In this document: positions 18,101 through 25,781 of the stretch, one piece after another
Position numbering within the stretch: the first letter of the stretch is position 1
How the letters are laid out: every line of letters begins with the position of its first letter
Assembly (NCBI GenBank): GCA_030834985.1
Contig: JAUQWV010000003.1
Span: forward strand, 656 to 64,655
Source: Candidatus Dojkabacteria bacterium
GTDB taxonomy: Bacteria > Patescibacteriota > Dojkabacteria > J137
Reading direction: 5' to 3'
DNA: 64,000 nt
The notes under the pieces: generated by a model
Databases searched by the model: none
What the model was told of the DNA's origin: nothing
What the model saw: the letters and a program-made list of their open reading frames with translations, nothing else
Program-made: the position numbers and the translations under genes

Positions 18101-18779
18101 AATTGCATTTATTCCCAGTAAAATTTACCTGTCCCCAAACTTCATCTGCAATTGAATCAGTAGTAAACGGATTAATATATTTTAAAACTCTGTGATTTTC
18201 AAAATCACCTACATATAGATTACCATCATCATCTACAAACATACTTGTGAATGTTTTATGCTCTAAAGATGTATGTGTCCACTCTGGAATTCCACAGATC
18301 GTTTCTGCGCCAGCTGGAGCTCTTTCTGGATAATATTGAAAACTTGAATCTCGATTACATGCACCCCAATCCGTTGCCGAAGGCTGACCTATTACAATAT
18401 CTGCAGCACATCGTTCTTCTTCATCTTTGAGATAACAATCTTCTAAATCAATTCCTATAATTCTACTGTTTCCAGAATCCCATACGTAAGCTCTCCCAGG
18501 ACTCTCTGATCTATCAACAATAACTCCTCCCGGTGATGAAACTTTATCTAGAACTATTTTACGCGGGGCAATTTCCCCGAAGTCCCTTTTTCCTAAAACT
18601 ATATCTGCCCATAAATCATTTGCTTCTCCACGTACTGCCCCGCCTTCAGCAGCACCAATATATGCTGCATACCAACTAGCAAAAAAATTACCTGATACAA
18701 AAAGAAAGACCAACAATATTGCTAAAACAGAAACTTGTCTTTGAGTTTTTGTAGCTCTAAATTTCTCTCTGCCTAACAC
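15198..18779 (-). CDS. Large (1193 aa) surface protein with NHL-repeat beta-propeller(s), an acidic/Gly-Asn low-complexity linker, and the same C-terminal TM/CarboxypepD_reg-like module as the 2049-aa protein
   Basis: GNNRVLRF, AGNNRVMRY and HRVFRI are NHL repeat signatures. DDDDDDPGNGNGNGNGNGGGNGG is the linker. The C-terminus has 3 TM helices interleaved with two GxxxGxYxL/AxGY beta-sandwich motifs. Confidence 0.8.
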   Translation of the reverse strand: MLGREKFRATKTQRQVSVLAILLVFLFVSGNFFASWYAAYIGAAEGGAVRGEANDLWADIVLGKRDFGEIAPRKIVLDKVSSPGGVIVDRSESPGRAYVWDSGNSRIIGIDLEDCYLKDEEERCAADIVIGQPSATDWGACNRDSSFQYYPERAPAGAETICGIPEWTHTSLEHKTFTSMFVDDDGNLYVGDFENHRVLKYINPFTTDSIADEVWGQVNFTGNKCNLTRGYNQSTPAPTASSICFYSTFDGGAGVALDADGNLWVADGGNNRVLRFPNNDGVIAKTADIVIGQANFTSAASGSSTTNLKSPTAVRFGSTGDLLIADAGNNRVMRYTAPFTSGMSGTAILDDSDFPDGLVAIEMDPSGNIFWTYENEGAGAGFRDWDLDGVSEGHHFTNWNPGGGSVGIDTEGNILVSAYVYQQDVARFSFDNGEGDYLPDMSLFSLPGGYNLTSPDRFEQGGWGGVAVVDDQLIATDGRLMFWNDLSSITNGKVADGFVTYEDGALPLDGQPGYNVLKADKSGHIYVVRSSIYERHIDIFETPLTEESEPLVTLTGPFNAAGGGTVNVADTFGGLAPSPDGQYLWVANTDYHRVFRIRNPLTDPVVDIMLGQTSLGGTQCNRGVVPPPNVDGSQSADRSMLCLPGALSLDNNGNLFVSDHFFEIDGNWRLLMFAASSFPASPESVVFGLSAAKEFPRVNPITGFAPSTFETAFDSENRMVTGYNPYSGPRFIEYFEDPTEFNPSNRSDPAYAVADGQLEDFYGWPFAMTFDEGDNLYVYDTNRGKIMIYEHPFGEEDDDDDDPGNGNGNGNGNGGGNGGPGGGGGGTQNTTTNQTTTNTTIKNTSVTNKPNGSSVFINDTTEIQELVPAIVDSGSSIIQSFLRSVLGSVVFIQSQGPLILIFLALLLLALGTLLILLLLNPVKAISAIIGYFKSLDNEYWGIVLNEQTGAPVSLAIVTLLRKETIDNNKVKTSVVARTLTDLGGKYRLDSEQKENMFIEVQAAGYDKYLRFLDRNEAVSKFDNQIYDVYLTPKKVLTLPKTQIFNLFNLVVLVASAIGFLNTIYNQVANSSLQNVLLLIIYSLIFITVAYPKLYQFFLKKNKVLDESTNSGIAGAVLRAYDEDAQLVDIAATNKKGEVSLDLDHGNYYVVVDKKGYNMKYGTKDENMLKIVPVEIKKNGYINKNIVLSKLAPL

Positions 18780-18851
18780 ACGACAAACGTTAATAATTAC
18801 TATCTTTTAGTATACACATTATTAAATTTGGAGGCTAGAAAAATCAAGAAG

Positions 18852-18924
18852 TATGCCCGGCACGATTCGAACGTGCGACCTACTGCTTAGAAGGCAGTTG
18901 CTCTATCCACTGAGCTACGGGCAC
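18852..18924 (-). tRNA. tRNA-Arg (anticodon TCT), no encoded CCA
   Basis: Reverse complement is GTGCCCGTAGCTCAGTGGATAGAGCAACTGCCTTCTAAGCAGTAGGTCGCACGTTCGAATCGTGCCGGGCATA. The anticodon loop is CTTCTAA and the T-loop is GTTCGAATC. Confidence 0.85.
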
Positions 18925-18965
18925 ATATATAGTGTAATTTTAACACTTTGCTTGAATTTTTAAAC

Positions 18966-19037
18966 TGAGCTGACCGAGACTCGAACTCGGAACCAACTGC
19001 TTAAGAGGCAGCTGCTCTACCATTGAGCTATCAGCCC
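18966..19037 (-). tRNA. tRNA-Lys (anticodon CTT), no encoded CCA
   Basis: Reverse complement is GGGCTGATAGCTCAATGGTAGAGCAGCTGCCTCTTAAGCAGTTGGTTCCGAGTTCGAGTCTCGGTCAGCTCA. The anticodon loop is CTCTTAA. Confidence 0.85.
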
Positions 19038-19104
19038 TTTCAAGCTTTTTAAGCTTGTGAATTATACCATTTCGATACTTGAAGTTAAAGTTATAGAAAG
19101 TGTT

Positions 19105-19125
19105 GAGGGAGCCTTCGGCTCCCTC
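19105..19125. other. Perfect GC hairpin with a UUCG tetraloop (GAGGGAGCC UUCG GGCUCCCUC). Probable terminator or structured RNA element at the edge of GC island 2.
   Basis: 9-bp G/C stem with a canonical UUCG loop, seen directly in the sequence. Confidence 0.45.
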
Positions 19126-19411
19126 GAAAAGAAATATTTGAGCGTTTGCCAAAACTACTTCTTTCGCCTGCGCGCTTTACGTCGCTCCTCCTTTTTGAAA
19201 GCACGAATCCGCGCACGCTTTTCAATTTGGCTCGGGCTCTTCATGACGCAACTCCTTTACTAGTATACGGTACCTTGATTGTACTATCTGTAAAAAGTTA
19301 TGTAAATATTAGTCAACTTAAATTGGAAAAATTTTCGAAGAAAACGATTACAGAGAAAGATACTCCGGCGAAACACCTTACCCTGCAATCGCCCTATTGG
19401 GGACGGAGACG

Positions 19412-20005
19412 CTAGTCTTGCTCGTCCTCGTCATCACTGTCGCGGCCGAAGTTTTCGCTGGCGCTAAAGCGATGAATGATGCTTCTCAGCACCAAAGTCA
19501 GCACTACAGCTGCAAGTCCATAACCGGCAACTGACCGCGCTTCTACTGCCAGCATATCCAACGTTTCAGCGGGCACTCCCGTGCCCCAGTGAATCGCGAT
19601 ACGCTCTGCAATGAAGCCCAGCGACGAGAACGCTTTTCCAGCAAAGAAAAGGGTACCTGCGAACGCGGCATCTCCCACGAATTCGGCGTATTTCCCGTGG
19701 CCGGGGACTGTGTCCAATGGCAAGGCTATAAGATAGCCCACCACGAACACAACGTAGTGGATATTTGCCACTACCTCCCAGACAATCGGTGTGATTACAA
19801 CGCCGGTAGGCAGATTCATGCCCAGGCGCGCGAAAAGGAATCCTCGAAAGAGGCTCGCAACCGCAGTTACCACAACGAGGACTACGAAGAGCCCCCAGAT
19901 AACGCGCTGATTTTCTAATACGCCTTTCAGGGATACTGATGGCAGACTGGGCGCAGAAACGCTCGGCAATGAAAACGGAAAACGCTTACCAGCTGTGTCA
20001 GACAT
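19412..20005 (-). CDS. Polytopic membrane protein (197 aa) with an acidic C-terminal tail, encoded in GC-elevated island 2
   Basis: Several hydrophobic helices. The tail is RDSDDEDEQD. Codon usage is rich in GCG/CCG/GGC, unlike neighbouring genes. Confidence 0.65.
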   Translation of the reverse strand: MSDTAGKRFPFSLPSVSAPSLPSVSLKGVLENQRVIWGLFVVLVVVTAVASLFRGFLFARLGMNLPTGVVITPIVWEVVANIHYVVFVVGYLIALPLDTVPGHGKYAEFVGDAAFAGTLFFAGKAFSSLGFIAERIAIHWGTGVPAETLDMLAVEARSVAGYGLAAVVLTLVLRSIIHRFSASENFGRDSDDEDEQD

Positions 20006-20046
20006 TGACTGTCTCCTTTGAACTATTTGCCCATTCGATATACGAT

Positions 20047-20105
20047 TTGTGCCGGAGCATGTGTGTACAGTATTATACGCACATGCTCCGGCACAAGGTA
20101 ATTTT
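20047..20105 (+). terminator. Strong 17-21 bp perfect inverted repeat (ttgtgccggagcatgtg ... cacatgctccggcacaa) followed by a T-run, at the right boundary of GC island 2
   Basis: The stem is at 20047-20063 and 20080-20096, followed by ggtaatttttg. Confidence 0.5.
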
Positions 20106-20246
20106 TGTATCTTTCTCTGTTAATGTGCTAAAGCTTTATCTAAAAAGCATTTATATTATCATTATATAGATTTAGCCATAAGTTGTCAATATTTGGCAAC
20201 AATATAGCCTAGTGCTAAGTTGCCTTATATGTGCTACATTTAATAT

Positions 20247-20516
20247 ATGAAGCTTCATTTTGAGGAACCAAAAGATTATACAAGAGAAAATAGTGCTATT
20301 TTCGAGTTTTTTGCGAACAAAGAAGACGACTCTATGCAGCCAAAACTGCTGAAAGGGAAATCGCTAGCAAGGCTTATTGAAGAACGAAAAATCAGTAATT
20401 ATTACAAGAAAAAGAAGGATATAAGGAAAGACTTAAAACTTTTAAATATTCTAGTAGTATTTAGTTCAATAATATGTCTAATCTTTATTATTTTTTTGCT
20501 AACTAGGCCTATTTAA
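20247..20516 (+). CDS. Small (89 aa) tail-anchored hypothetical protein
   Basis: Charged N-terminal region and a single C-terminal TM (LNILVVFSSIICLIFIIFLL). It overlaps the convergent downstream gene by 8 nt. No recognisable family. Confidence 0.35.
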   Translation: MKLHFEEPKDYTRENSAIFEFFANKEDDSMQPKLLKGKSLARLIEERKISNYYKKKKDIRKDLKLLNILVVFSSIICLIFIIFLLTRPI

Positions 20517-21060
20517 AATCACCAAGATCCATCTGCTCCTGCTCCCCTATTAAATCGTTTAGATTTTGTAATATAAACTGCCTTACAACTTCGCGGAATT
20601 GTTCGATATCATTACCGGGATTGGTAACGTAGTAATCATAAATGAACTGCGCAGTTCTGGAATCTGCAGGATTATCAAACCGCTCAATACCTTCTCTATC
20701 TATATGTATTGTCTGTGCTTCGGGATACTCCTGTAAAAGTTTCGCAATCTCTTCGGGCTCGCGTATATGCAAAAATACTATCGAGTTATCTTCTGTTTGA
20801 GCAATCTTTTCAAGTAAATATCTTGTAGGCCTGTTATTATCAGCAACCATCATCTGCTTAATTTCATGCATTCTAAATCTTATTGAGGCATCTTTTGTTA
20901 TACCATCCCAGCCTTCGTTATCCTTTAACCATTGCTTAACTTCATCTACTGAAGAATATGTAGCAACATTCACATTACCTGCAAAAAGTTCACGCGTAAG
21001 GTTAATAAACGTGTCTTTACCTGTGCCTGCTGCACCATTGATTACAAACACTCTTTTCAT
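20509..21060 (-). CDS. P-loop nucleotide kinase, dNMP-kinase-like (phage T4 gp1-like)
   Basis: Walker A variant VINGAAGTGKDTF resembles the GxxxSGKDT P-loop of dNMP kinases. Size is 183 aa. Confidence 0.55.
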   Translation of the reverse strand: MKRVFVINGAAGTGKDTFINLTRELFAGNVNVATYSSVDEVKQWLKDNEGWDGITKDASIRFRMHEIKQMMVADNNRPTRYLLEKIAQTEDNSIVFLHIREPEEIAKLLQEYPEAQTIHIDREGIERFDNPADSRTAQFIYDYYVTNPGNDIEQFREVVRQFILQNLNDLIGEQEQMDLGDFK

Positions 21061-21069
21061 ATTGTGAGA

Positions 21070-21840
21070 TTAATTGTTTCTTAATTCTAACAAACTTCCC
21101 ATACCGACAGATTTACTAAATTCTTCAATTTGCCGAATAAAGAATTTAATACTATTTCCCCAATTATGACATTCTTCCTGCGGGCCACAGAATGTTCCCT
21201 CCATTAAGGATGGATCTTCCATATATTGAGTTCCATAGTTTTCAACCAGTACTTTTGTTACTCTATCTATAGATTCTTCAAAATTAGAAAATTGAATTCT
21301 ATTTACGCCACCACCTCCAAAACCCCAACAGTTAAACATTTCAGCAGATAGTTGATATTTACATAAATTAGTTTCATTACGTGCAATTGCAATAACCGTT
21401 ATGCAGTCTTTTGGGGCACCATACTGGTCACACTTTTCTACAAAATACTTACCATACCCAAATAGTGGAGAATCATTAGCTAAAAAATATTGATCGAATA
21501 CAAAAGCCCGTTTATCTAGCAGATCAATAGTAGAGTTTATCTTTTTTTCCTGGTAAGCAATTCCTAAAACTTCTGCTCTATTATTTACGGTAATTGCTGA
21601 AGGATCTACATTTAAAGATGCTTTATAGTACGACTCTTTTGCATCAACTGAATACGAGGTGAAATTACCATTAATAATATGCCCCAGTTCATTAACACCT
21701 AAGCCAAGAATTAATAGTAAGAATAAGTAATATGTCAGTTTATATGGCTTAAGTTTTTTAATTCGGAGTTTTCGGTACAATCTTTTCTTAAAAGGTCTCA
21801 ATAAAGAAACCTTTTTTACTCTCCCTAATTTTTGATCCAT
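21070..21840 (-). CDS. Membrane-anchored hypothetical protein, possibly a glucosaminidase-like cell-wall hydrolase
   Basis: N-terminal basic segment plus TM. The FNCWGFGGGG block is weakly reminiscent of the NNLFGIKG glucosaminidase motif. Low-specificity call. Confidence 0.5.
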   Translation of the reverse strand: MDQKLGRVKKVSLLRPFKKRLYRKLRIKKLKPYKLTYYLFLLLILGLGVNELGHIINGNFTSYSVDAKESYYKASLNVDPSAITVNNRAEVLGIAYQEKKINSTIDLLDKRAFVFDQYFLANDSPLFGYGKYFVEKCDQYGAPKDCITVIAIARNETNLCKYQLSAEMFNCWGFGGGGVNRIQFSNFEESIDRVTKVLVENYGTQYMEDPSLMEGTFCGPQEECHNWGNSIKFFIRQIEEFSKSVGMGSLLELRNN

Positions 21841-21889
21841 TAAATTATTCTACCAGAACAGAAGTGAAATGGCACTCACCGTTAGAAGT

Positions 21890-22666
21890 TTAATCAAGAA
21901 GAGTTAATATCTCTGGCTTGCCTTTTCTTACTATAACCATATGCTCAAACATTACCCCCTTGGAGCCATCAACCGTTTTTAAACTCCAGCCATCGTTGTC
22001 TAAATATAGATCAGCTTTACCTAGTGTGAGCTGATTCTCTATACACAAACACATTCCTTCAACTAAATCTATCTGCTCCATTCCAGGGTATGTATATGTT
22101 AAAATCTCAGGCTCCAGCCATAGCTGTTTTCCTATACCATGTCCGCAGTATTGTCTTACAAAGTTAAAGCCTGCTAATTCTGCTACTGATTGCAATGCTC
22201 TTGAAATATCCGATACTTTATTGCCAACTATTGCTTCTTTGACTGCAGTATTTACACATAACTTACCAGTTTCTAGTAATCGTTTCTCCTCACTTGTAAT
22301 ATTACCTAAACCTACTGTTACACAATGATCAGTATAAAAGCCGTTGTATATTAATCCAAAGTCTATTTTTACTAAGTCGCCATCTTTAAATTCAACAGTG
22401 CTGTGAGGAATACCATGTAAGATAGTGTCGTTTACACTTATGCAAACTGCTGATGGAAATGCACCTTTTGGGCCAGGTACACCTAAGAATGCGGGTTTAA
22501 CACCTTTTTTAGTACACAAGGTGGTTACAAGCTCATTGATATCACTTGCTCTGATTCCAATTTTTACAGAACCTCTTAGCTCTTTTAGAATTTGTGTGGA
22601 AATTTCTGCAGCCTTTTTTACAGAAGTATAGTCGCTTTCAGTTTTAATTATATTTTTGTAAGACAT
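21890..22666 (-). CDS. map: Methionine aminopeptidase type I
   Basis: Pita-bread fold motifs: DGDLVKIDFG, HGIGKQLWEP-like, and the MEQIDLVEGMCLCIEN metal ligands. Confidence 0.9.
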   Translation of the reverse strand: MSYKNIIKTESDYTSVKKAAEISTQILKELRGSVKIGIRASDINELVTTLCTKKGVKPAFLGVPGPKGAFPSAVCISVNDTILHGIPHSTVEFKDGDLVKIDFGLIYNGFYTDHCVTVGLGNITSEEKRLLETGKLCVNTAVKEAIVGNKVSDISRALQSVAELAGFNFVRQYCGHGIGKQLWLEPEILTYTYPGMEQIDLVEGMCLCIENQLTLGKADLYLDNDGWSLKTVDGSKGVMFEHMVIVRKGKPEILTLLD

Positions 22667-24187
22667 TTAGGCGCTTATATATTTTTCGTAGTTTCTAGTT
22701 GCCTGCAAAGATTTGTACTGCCTATAGGTATCTAAGAAAACTCCTACAATAATCAAAACACTTGTACCTCCGATTCCAGATAAGATTATCAGCGTAGTTC
22801 CGCTTGAATTTAAAACCATATTACTTGCCAAAATCGGAATCTCTGCAATGATTGCTAAAAATATACCGCCAACTAATGCTATCTTCAATAGTACGCTAGA
22901 AAGATAGTTCTCTGTTGCTTTACCAGGTCTAATTCCCGGAATAAACGCACCATTTTTTTGCAAGTTTTCTACTGCAACTTCCTGCGGGTTAAATACAATA
23001 AATGCATAAATTAACGCAAATACGACTGTTGTAACAAAGTAAACTAATGCATAGATTGTGTCGTGTTCATTTACAACGTTGTCTGTTGTTGCGTATAAAA
23101 AGCTAGTTTTTAACGATTGTATAAATGGATATATGCTTGAATCCGGCTGAATATTATTTTCAACTAAAGGCAGTATAATCTGCGGTATTGATAAGAATGC
23201 GTATGTGAAAATTACTGGAATAACACCTGTTAAGGTAAACTTTAGCGGCAAAAATGAGCCTCGGCCAATTTCTGCACCTCTTACCCTACGAGCATATTGA
23301 ATATTTATTTTTCTATACGATTCATTAATAAAAATAATACCCGCAATAACCAGGACGGCTCCAATCAGTACTACCAGCAAGGCAGTTGTAAGTGGATTAT
23401 TAAGAACTGAAAAGTTACCTTGCAATAATTGATTTATAATTTCACCAAAATTTACTCTGGCAAAATCTTGAGTAAGGTAAACAGGTAATGTAGATAAAAT
23501 TCCAATTGTAATAATTACAGAAGAACCATTTCCTAATCCTTTTTCTGTAATTATTTCAGAAAGCCACATTAAGAATATTGTTCCAGCTGCCAAGATAATT
23601 GCCATAAAGATAATCTTTTCTAAACTTGGCATATTTGAACCTATTTCGTGGGGAATCAAATATACTGGTGTATGATTAGGGTCAGCTGCAATTGCTGGAT
23701 CTGCATTAGGATTACCTAAGTCTCTTTGAGCAATAATGTATAAATATACAATTGAGTAGAAGAGCGAAAGAGGCAAGGTCAGAAACCTAGTTATTTGATT
23801 GATAACCTGTCTGCCTCTTTCGCCTTCTTTTTGTAATTCTTTTAACCTAGGTATAGCATAAGGTAAAATCTGCATTACAATAGATGCGTTAATATAGGCA
23901 GCAATTCCTAAACCAACTAAACTTGGAGTATCAACTCTACCTCCTGTAAAAATAGTAAATAAGTAATTAATTTCTGATGCAGTATTAGCTCCAAAATAGC
24001 TTTCGTAAATATTCATATCTACACCTGGCAAAGGAATATTTGCTAAGCCTCTGTAAATTACTACTATTAAAAGTGTGATACCAATTCTTGTAAGGATTTC
24101 TTTATTTGTTAAAAACGATGGTAATCTGATTTTTCTAAATAATCTTTTAGGGAATTGCTTTACAGCATCAAGTCTTAATTTTGCCAT
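22667..24187 (-). CDS. secY: Preprotein translocase subunit SecY (506 aa, with an N-terminal extension)
   Basis: Ten TM helices. Position is at the end of the spc operon. Conserved SecY blocks present. Confidence 0.9.
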   Translation of the reverse strand: MAKLRLDAVKQFPKRLFRKIRLPSFLTNKEILTRIGITLLIVVIYRGLANIPLPGVDMNIYESYFGANTASEINYLFTIFTGGRVDTPSLVGLGIAAYINASIVMQILPYAIPRLKELQKEGERGRQVINQITRFLTLPLSLFYSIVYLYIIAQRDLGNPNADPAIAADPNHTPVYLIPHEIGSNMPSLEKIIFMAIILAAGTIFLMWLSEIITEKGLGNGSSVIITIGILSTLPVYLTQDFARVNFGEIINQLLQGNFSVLNNPLTTALLVVLIGAVLVIAGIIFINESYRKINIQYARRVRGAEIGRGSFLPLKFTLTGVIPVIFTYAFLSIPQIILPLVENNIQPDSSIYPFIQSLKTSFLYATTDNVVNEHDTIYALVYFVTTVVFALIYAFIVFNPQEVAVENLQKNGAFIPGIRPGKATENYLSSVLLKIALVGGIFLAIIAEIPILASNMVLNSSGTTLIILSGIGGTSVLIIVGVFLDTYRQYKSLQATRNYEKYISA

Positions 24188-24260
24188 AGTCTAAATATGT
24201 TTAATGTGAGTAGATTATACACCATAAATTTAATTTGACGTGCGCTTAATTGCAATAAAA

Positions 24261-24278
24261 ACCCCCGAAACCGGGGGT
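24261..24278 (-). terminator. Hairpin (acccccg aaac cgggggt) flanked by an A-tract and a T-tract, between rplO and secY. Possible intra-operon attenuator or bidirectional terminator.
   Basis: 7-bp G/C stem. On the minus strand it is followed by ttttattgc. Confidence 0.4.
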
Positions 24279-24315
24279 AATTTTTCAGAATACTTATTTT
24301 TAAATCAGCAATACA

Positions 24316-24786
24316 TTATGCTTCTACAACGCTTCCACCTGCTTTTTCAATAGCAGCTTTTGCAGTCTTTGATGTTTTTACACCCTTCAAATTCAATTTT
24401 ATTTCAATATCTTTATCGAATAATACTTTTGGCATTACTACTTTATGAGATTTTAATTTCAAAAGTCCTAATTCAACTAAAGTTCCCAAAGTTACTTCTT
24501 CCACTTTTGCATTCTTAGCCAATTCAGCTAATACACTTAGTTTAACTGGTGCATTAACTTCGCTAGCTTTTATGAACTCTCGGCTGAATCCTTTGTATTT
24601 AGGTAATCGTCTTGAAATTGGGTTTTGACCTCCTTCAAAGTTTCTTCGTGGAGCTTTGTATCCTGTTCTTGCAGTTGCACCTTTTCCACCTCGTGTTGAA
24701 GTATGGCCTCCTTTACCGGATCCCATTCCTCTTCCGATTCTCTTTGATTTTGATGTACTTTTTGGTGATGGTAGTGTATGTAACAT
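24316..24786 (-). CDS. rplO: 50S ribosomal protein L15
   Basis: KRIGRGMGSGKGGHTSTRGGKG motif. Confidence 0.9.
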   Translation of the reverse strand: MLHTLPSPKSTSKSKRIGRGMGSGKGGHTSTRGGKGATARTGYKAPRRNFEGGQNPISRRLPKYKGFSREFIKASEVNAPVKLSVLAELAKNAKVEEVTLGTLVELGLLKLKSHKVVMPKVLFDKDIEIKLNLKGVKTSKTAKAAIEKAGGSVVEA

Positions 24787-24810
24787 AATCTTAAAAATTT
24801 CTATTGTTTA

Positions 24811-25395
24811 TTATAGTCTTGTATTTCTTAAAGCTGCTAATGCATAAATTGTTGCATAAGCATTGGTTACTTTATTATCAGCACCTAAAATTTTGCCTAA
24901 AACATCGTGTATGCCTACAACTTCTGCAACTTGTCTTACAGAAGAACCTGCAACAATTCCTGTTCCAGGAGCTGCCGGTTTAAGTAAAATTCTAGATGAT
25001 TTATATTTAAATTCAATCTCATGTGGAATTGTATTTCCTTTCAGATTTACAAATACTAAATTCTTTTTTGCTTGGCTAACAGCTTTATCTTGTGCACTTC
25101 TAACATCCTCTCCTTTTCCAACTCCAATTCCTACTCTACCTTTTTTATCACCTACAACAACTACAACGCTTATTTTCATTCTTCTACCGCCTTTATGCAT
25201 CTTTGTAACTCTTCTAATAGTAATCAACTTGTTTTCAAATTGATCTTTCTTTTCTTCTGATCTTTCTTTTCGATCTGGTCTTCGTGATCTTATTCTTGAT
25301 CGATCTCGGTTTCTATCCTGTCTATAAGGTGTAGGTGCAGAATGTCCTAATGGTTTTACTTCTGTTGTTGTTTCTGGTTTTACTTGATCTGACAT
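24811..25395 (-). CDS. rpsE: 30S ribosomal protein S5 (with a basic N-terminal extension)
   Basis: Conserved S5 dsRBD and C-terminal domain (GRRMKISVVVVVGDKKGRVGIGVGKG). Directly followed by rplO with no rpmD in between. Confidence 0.9.
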   Translation of the reverse strand: MSDQVKPETTTEVKPLGHSAPTPYRQDRNRDRSRIRSRRPDRKERSEEKKDQFENKLITIRRVTKMHKGGRRMKISVVVVVGDKKGRVGIGVGKGEDVRSAQDKAVSQAKKNLVFVNLKGNTIPHEIEFKYKSSRILLKPAAPGTGIVAGSSVRQVAEVVGIHDVLGKILGADNKVTNAYATIYALAALRNTRL

Positions 25396-25414
25396 ATTCT
25401 ATTAAATATTTTTA

Positions 25415-25756
25415 TTAAAATTGTAAACCTGATTCTCTAGCTCCATCTGCTAAAGCCTTTACTCTTCCATGGTATTTAAAACCTCGTCTATCAAAGACTA
25501 CAGTTTTTACTTTAGCCTTTTTTGCTTTTTCTCCCAATAAAATTCCAACTTCTTTTGCTAATTCAACTGGTTTCAATTTCTTTTTGACTTCAAGGTCAGA
25601 GGCAGCTGCCAAAGTTTTGTGGGTTATATCGTCCACAACCTGAGCATATATATGGTTGTTAGTTCTATGAACAACAATTCTTGGCGTACCTTCTGTTCCT
25701 CTTAAGGTCTTTGAAATTGATTTTATTCTTCTTTGTCTTCTTTGAATTTTATCCAT
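25415..25756 (-). CDS. rplR: 50S ribosomal protein L18
   Basis: RRQRRIKSISKTLRGTEGTPRIVVHRTNNHIYAQV. Confidence 0.9.
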   Translation of the reverse strand: MDKIQRRQRRIKSISKTLRGTEGTPRIVVHRTNNHIYAQVVDDITHKTLAAASDLEVKKKLKPVELAKEVGILLGEKAKKAKVKTVVFDRRGFKYHGRVKALADGARESGLQF

Positions 25757-25781
25757 ATTAATTCAATTTTTTACTTTAAAA

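Noticed and set aside
19589-20169. Plus-strand ORFs 19589-19918 and 19939-20169 in island 2
   Set aside because: The first is antisense to the 197-aa membrane protein gene. The second spans the inverted-repeat/terminator region and has no start context.
20195-20215. 13-mer atttggcaacaat shared between 20195 and 49975 as a possible promoter motif
   Set aside because: A short AT-rich match expected by chance. No consistent -35/-10 spacing could be derived.
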